Positions 59,417 to 64,000 of a stretch of 64,000 nt of DNA are shown piece after piece. Both the position numbers and the translations under genes were made by a program. Source of the stretch: a virus. Lineage: Duplodnaviria > Caudoviricetes. The notes under the pieces were generated by a model, which was given only the letters and a program-made list of their open reading frames with translations, searched no databases and was not told the DNA's origin. The first letter of the stretch is position 1, and every line of letters starts with the position of its first letter. The stretch covers positions 1 through 64,000 of the IMG/VR virus record IMGVR_UViG_3300020112_000191; one strand, 5' to 3'.

Positions 59417-60106
59417 TTAAATCCTTTCGTAATAGTCTTCCATATCGTTAATAGAAGACATTGTATTATAATTCTCAGAAGCGAACTTAGCATTCTGCAC
59501 TAACTGAGCATTTGACTTTCTAATTTCTTCGTTATATCGATTTCTAGCTCTCTTACGACCGAATAGCGATCCAAGATTAGCTACACCGCCAACGATACCA
59601 CCAATGAGAGTACCCATGCCTGGGCCACCAATCATTGTGCCGTATTTAGCTCCCTGAGCGAATGCTGAGAGATTATCAGCTACGCCAGCACCGAAGCCTT
59701 CTTTCTTCATCTCTGTGCCGTAATTTAGAGAGCTAAGTCTTCGTGCTAAGTCATCTGAAGATGTTGCAACGCCAATTGATTGATCAGCAAGATTGCTTGC
59801 ATTCTCTACTGCTTCAGCACGATCTCTTCCCATAGAGAAGAGTCTTGATAAAGGATCATCATCAATCCTTCCGTAGATCTTCTCTGAGTCTCCAGCTAAG
59901 CCACCATGACTCTTTTGAGCCAGGCTTGTTAAGCCTTTGACTGCTACGTCAGCACCGATAGAAATTCCAGTAGAAGCCATACTGCCAAGTGCATTTGCTT
60001 TGACATTGCCTTTAGCTCCTACGGATTCGGCAGTGCCACCGCCGTCAAATCTGCGGCCTCCATTCATTATTTGACTGAATGTAAGACCATTGTAAATTGA
60101 ATCCAT
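59417..60106 (-). CDS. Gly-rich ejection / pilot-like protein
   Basis: GTMIGGPGMGTLIGGIVGGVANLGSLFG glycine zipper followed by a basic helix. Confidence 0.65.
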   Translation of the reverse strand: MDSIYNGLTFSQIMNGGRRFDGGGTAESVGAKGNVKANALGSMASTGISIGADVAVKGLTSLAQKSHGGLAGDSEKIYGRIDDDPLSRLFSMGRDRAEAVENASNLADQSIGVATSSDDLARRLSSLNYGTEMKKEGFGAGVADNLSAFAQGAKYGTMIGGPGMGTLIGGIVGGVANLGSLFGRKRARNRYNEEIRKSNAQLVQNAKFASENYNTMSSINDMEDYYERI

Positions 60107-60131
60107 ATATGAATATTACTAATTAGTGCCG

Positions 60132-60179
60132 CAAAGATAAAAAGAAAAAAGGAGTATAGCAATAGCTATACCCCCTTTT
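60132..60179 (-). promoter_or_regulatory. terminator hairpin fused to a TATCTTTG promoter element (60132-60139)
   Basis: minus strand GGGGTATAGCTATTGCTATACTCCTTTTTTCTTTTATCTTTGC. Confidence 0.7.
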
Positions 60180-60181
60180 AT

Positions 60182-63100
60182 TTATTCTCTATAGGAAATT
60201 TGTATATCATCTACACTAGTTTTCCTACATCTGTTAATAATATCAAGCTTCTGAGAAAGCTCAATTGTTAAGTATGGTGAACGCATTGGATCACTTGGTT
60301 TAACAATGCTACGCTTAATAGAGCCATTCTGCTTAGATTTTGGAATCAAATAATGCCATTGGTTAAACATGTGGCTTGCTATTCCAGATGGCCCATTGTA
60401 AGGCTTAGAATTCTCGATATCTATTTCGTTAGAATCCTGGTAATCATTGTAGCAACGCATCACATCAAACGGCGGTAAAACCTGGCGTTCGACAATTGAA
60501 TCTCTAAGTTCATCTCTTCTTGAGAACATATCTATGGTATCCCAGCAGCGATCGTACATTCCAGTTGGAGAAACAAGAAGCTTAATACTCATTGCTTCGT
60601 ACTCAGGTATTCCGTACAGTATCTTAGGATTGTTGTAATCATAGAAATTACCAAATGAGAAAAGTAGATGTCTATTGCCATTGTTAATGTATCCAGTAGT
60701 AAGCGGCTTGCTATAGAAGCTCTCGAATGAATTATAGCGTTCATTGAATGCCAGATAATTATTTGGAGAGCATATCAATGTTCGACTATTATATGTATCA
60801 TGGAGAAGCAATAGATTGTTGAAATCTTGATTCTTGAAATAAGAATAGAAACCGCATTGCTCAGATACTAATGGAGTCTTGCTATTGACAGCGTACATTG
60901 CCTTGTTGTAGTCATCAAGGATATATATTGCATCATCTGTAGAAAGCACCCTAGAATTAGATAGAGATCCCTTATTGTTGTACAAATAAACCTTGCCATC
61001 AACCTTACCGCTATTAGCTACCTCAATTGGAATACCAGATTCTGTAGAGAGCTGTGTTCTTGAATTAAACAAGATGTTAGCTATACCACGATCTTGGACG
61101 CAATAGATCTCATTCTTAAATGTTGTTAACGCTGTTACTTTACCCTTGTCAGCATCCATATCTAAGTATGAAAGTCCAGTTAACGTTCCCCAAGTATCAA
61201 CCTTATCTCCATTAACTTTAGTGGTCGTATAAGTTACTCTATTTGCGTAGTCTTCCTCTATATCAGTATATTCATCCTTCTGATAATAAGTGAAGAAATT
61301 AGGCAGCTGCGAGTAGCTATAATTAATCTTGTTGAATGTATCTGGCCTAGCATAGATGGATGGTTTGCAACTTAGAATATCGTATCTGCCCATCATATTT
61401 GTACGAGATTCAAGAGGAACAACAACAATTTCATTGTATTGTTCTCTAGCATCAGACTCACAATATGTACCAAGTAATTCAACTCTATTAAAGAACCAGT
61501 CACCTTGCTTCCATGTTAACAAAGCTTTTAATTTACCATCGCTATCTGTTGAAAATCCAACAGAACTACCAGCTACAATCCAAGGAGTTGTAGAATCAAC
61601 GTTTATAGTCGTATCTGTAATACTATTATCAACAATATCTACTATTATAAATCCAGCTTCCAATGGTGCAAGGCCAGTCATCAACTTTTTAACTCTTAAT
61701 AAAGTATCAAGATCTGTGTTTTTAAGAGCACCAGGAAGAACGAAATTCTTTGTAACTCCGTTATAGCCATAAAGAGTAGTAGGATACGATACTGTATATG
61801 CATCAGCGTCGTATAAAGGAGCATAAGGCCTTAATACCTGATCGTATTCAACACTAGATGATATAGTTTTTGGTAACGACAATACCAAATGTGGTGCTTG
61901 TTTATATTTCAAATTAACTATATAACTCTTAGGTATTATCTTAAGATCATCAATTTGATCATTTTTCCAAGTAGGAACCCCAAGTTTGTATCTAGCTTCT
62001 GTACTTGTAGGAGTTATTATTCTATAGTATTCAGCATCGCATTCAAAAAGTCTATATTTTATATCGCTCTGAGTCATTCCATCTATATGGAAAAATTCTC
62101 CCATTCCAGACCATTCTACTGCATCGCCGAAATACATTGGTAATCCAGGAGAATGCCATTTTTTGTCTGTTTCTGCAAGAGCATTTGATATTACATCATT
62201 CGCTGGAGATATCATTTGTGTATATATCCAAAGATAAGAATGATCAGCCTTTACGTTAACAAATTCAAAAGCAAGACTTACTTTACTTTTTATATTGTTA
62301 GGTAGCGTAAGCCATGTACTACTTCCGTTTGGTGCTATAGCTATATCTACATTACCATCATATATCTTTGTGTCTGAACCTACAGTTATTGGAATAGAAT
62401 CATTCAGTCCAGTAAATAACGAAACATTAACATCACTTACAGGAGAAACAGACGCTGTTACTAATGATGTCATATTAGCGATAACAAGATTGGATGTATA
62501 TTTCTTTTCGATTTTTCCATTCTCGAAATCGTAATTACCTTCAGCCTCTTTACCTTGATTGAATTGAATATATTCTCTTTGGAATGGATATATACCCCAA
62601 TTTGTAGCATAATCAGTATCAGCTTTCTTCCATCCAGAAATCCAATTCGGAGTAGTAAGCAGTCTCTTAGCACCTATAATTGCTATTGCTGCTGCTGAAC
62701 CTTCTGTAAATACCGTTTTTTGCTGTCCAATATTAGTTACACTTGCAGTCCAAGGAGACGATGCTACTATCTTTTGTATAGCTCTAATTGCCTTCTGCTG
62801 CGCATAACAAACAAATGATATTCCGTAAGTTCCATCACTAACTGGAGAATCAGTTACATTAACGTCTGGACTTAAGAATTGCATTATAGATGCATCTACA
62901 AAGAACTTAGTATTATCAGTCTTTCTTATGGCATCTGGATCTATTTCCTTAGTTGATGCGCCAGTAGTGCTAGCTGCTATTATTGAATTTCTAAGCTGTC
63001 TATTATAGTAACTCATGCATCCAGCAAATTCAGCATTCGTGTTACAAGCTGGAGGCAACTGAGCCATGTGGCTAGATACTACTCTAGATAATCCGCTAGA

Positions 63101-64000
63101 TACATTATTCTCAACTGCGTTATAGCCAGGATGATCTATGAATAACATTTCTGGTTGCGTAGCTATAGATGCTACTCCATTTGATATGTTACGCATACAC
63201 ATACTGCTCATTACGTGCGATCCGCCTTCAAGTCTAGCTTTTTCGTTAAAAACAGTAGGATATACAATACCTTGACATTTATATTTAGATTCGCTTGCTT
63301 TAGGGAAGATTATAACTGGCCTGATTCTATAGTCTGTTGATGTAAATCCAGATTCCGTAGATGTAACAACAAGTCTTTTTTCAACTTTAGATATAGTAGA
63401 GTTGTTAGCTGTTGGTTTTACACTAGATGTTGGTGCTGTATTTTCTATTTCTACTGGATCACTCCAATGGCCATATTTGTCCATTATCTGGTATCCATAT
63501 CTATACTTTTCATTAGCTTTAAAAGTTGATACATCCCAGCTACTATATTTAAGTAAACTTCCTACTTTATAGCCATCAGTTGTTGTTGTAAATGATGATG
63601 AGAATGAAGATGTCGCTGTCGTTATATTCGCAGACTTCGCGAATTCTGGTACAGACTGACTTGTAAAATTATAATTACCAAGAAACAATGTTCCATCCTT
63701 CTGACAAGCTGTATGAGCAATCAATATCTTATTGTTCTTTGTTGTCAATATACTACTATCAATTTGCTCTTCAGTATTTAAGAATGTTACTATTGCTATC
63801 TTTATTTTGTCTTCTATAGAACCACTACCGCCTCTTGCGTAAGCTGGATTATCTTCATCTATAAGTGATGATTCTTGAATCGTTGACGAAGCCGATGCCG
63901 TTTCTTCTATTATATCGAATTTACATATCTTTCTGCGAACTATTGGAGCGCAATCTTTAGTTGGTCTGTAAATACTATATATAACACATTTATCTATAGA
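60182..64000 (-). CDS. tail stabilisation / muzzle protein; 5' end outside the window
   Basis: frame open from 64000; KVNGDKVDTW..DMDADKGKVT..EIYCVQDRGI beta-propeller-like region; position upstream of cargo genes. Confidence 0.7.
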   Translation of the reverse strand, partial: SIDKCVIYSIYRPTKDCAPIVRRKICKFDIIEETASASSTIQESSLIDEDNPAYARGGSGSIEDKIKIAIVTFLNTEEQIDSSILTTKNNKILIAHTACQKDGTLFLGNYNFTSQSVPEFAKSANITTATSSFSSSFTTTTDGYKVGSLLKYSSWDVSTFKANEKYRYGYQIMDKYGHWSDPVEIENTAPTSSVKPTANNSTISKVEKRLVVTSTESGFTSTDYRIRPVIIFPKASESKYKCQGIVYPTVFNEKARLEGGSHVMSSMCMRNISNGVASIATQPEMLFIDHPGYNAVENNVSSGLSRVVSSHMAQLPPACNTNAEFAGCMSYYNRQLRNSIIAASTTGASTKEIDPDAIRKTDNTKFFVDASIMQFLSPDVNVTDSPVSDGTYGISFVCYAQQKAIRAIQKIVASSPWTASVTNIGQQKTVFTEGSAAAIAIIGAKRLLTTPNWISGWKKADTDYATNWGIYPFQREYIQFNQGKEAEGNYDFENGKIEKKYTSNLVIANMTSLVTASVSPVSDVNVSLFTGLNDSIPITVGSDTKIYDGNVDIAIAPNGSSTWLTLPNNIKSKVSLAFEFVNVKADHSYLWIYTQMISPANDVISNALAETDKKWHSPGLPMYFGDAVEWSGMGEFFHIDGMTQSDIKYRLFECDAEYYRIITPTSTEARYKLGVPTWKNDQIDDLKIIPKSYIVNLKYKQAPHLVLSLPKTISSSVEYDQVLRPYAPLYDADAYTVSYPTTLYGYNGVTKNFVLPGALKNTDLDTLLRVKKLMTGLAPLEAGFIIVDIVDNSITDTTINVDSTTPWIVAGSSVGFSTDSDGKLKALLTWKQGDWFFNRVELLGTYCESDAREQYNEIVVVPLESRTNMMGRYDILSCKPSIYARPDTFNKINYSYSQLPNFFTYYQKDEYTDIEEDYANRVTYTTTKVNGDKVDTWGTLTGLSYLDMDADKGKVTALTTFKNEIYCVQDRGIANILFNSRTQLSTESGIPIEVANSGKVDGKVYLYNNKGSLSNSRVLSTDDAIYILDDYNKAMYAVNSKTPLVSEQCGFYSYFKNQDFNNLLLLHDTYNSRTLICSPNNYLAFNERYNSFESFYSKPLTTGYINNGNRHLLFSFGNFYDYNNPKILYGIPEYEAMSIKLLVSPTGMYDRCWDTIDMFSRRDELRDSIVERQVLPPFDVMRCYNDYQDSNEIDIENSKPYNGPSGIASHMFNQWHYLIPKSKQNGSIKRSIVKPSDPMRSPYLTIELSQKLDIINRCRKTSVDDIQISYRE

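Noticed and set aside
35867-62673. Many short antisense or alternate-frame ORFs inside the large genes
   Set aside because: Shadow ORFs expected from codon bias; no motifs or independent leaders
35864-64000. Genome-wide TAG or TGA recoding
   Set aside because: All giant late genes are open under the standard code with no internal TAG or TGA
1-64000. tRNA genes, CRISPR arrays, DGR/reverse transcriptase, integrase, introns or inteins
   Set aside because: No cloverleaf, repeat-spacer array, RT or integrase motif seen by eye; nrdD, helicase and thyX are uninterrupted. Divergent tRNAs could have been missed without a scan

Overview
The window is about 64 kb of a crAss-like (Crassvirales) phage infecting a Bacteroidota host. 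On the minus strand at 1-4960 lie late/lysis genes: a GroES-like protein, a GH24 lysozyme, an M15 peptidase and a GT2 glycosyltransferase, plus two structured non-coding segments. A T-rich strand-switch region follows at about 5000-5180. A long plus-strand early/replication block (5.2-35.8 kb) carries membrane and lipoprotein genes, a Sak4-like ATPase, SSB, primase, nucleases, antirepressor-like proteins, NrdD/NrdG, dUTPase, a DnaB-like helicase and ThyX, with no recognisable DNA polymerase. Next come the giant virion RNA polymerase gene (DFDID motif) and its partner, then convergent minus-strand cargo and tail genes. The main unexplained signal is RNA-level. Four type I hammerhead ribozymes sit right at stop codons roughly every 6 kb along the early transcript (predicted cleavage after 7996, 14034, 20102, 25542). 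Two are canonical and share an identical loop II. The other two have a 1-bp stem II, a variant core and a covarying kissing loop with an upstream hairpin. Other signals are a promoter-driven ~260-nt multi-domain RNA, isolated in-frame TAG codons in otherwise intact early genes, and a probable methyltransferase-HNH deletion scar. All calls come from reading motifs and base pairing by eye; no searches were run.
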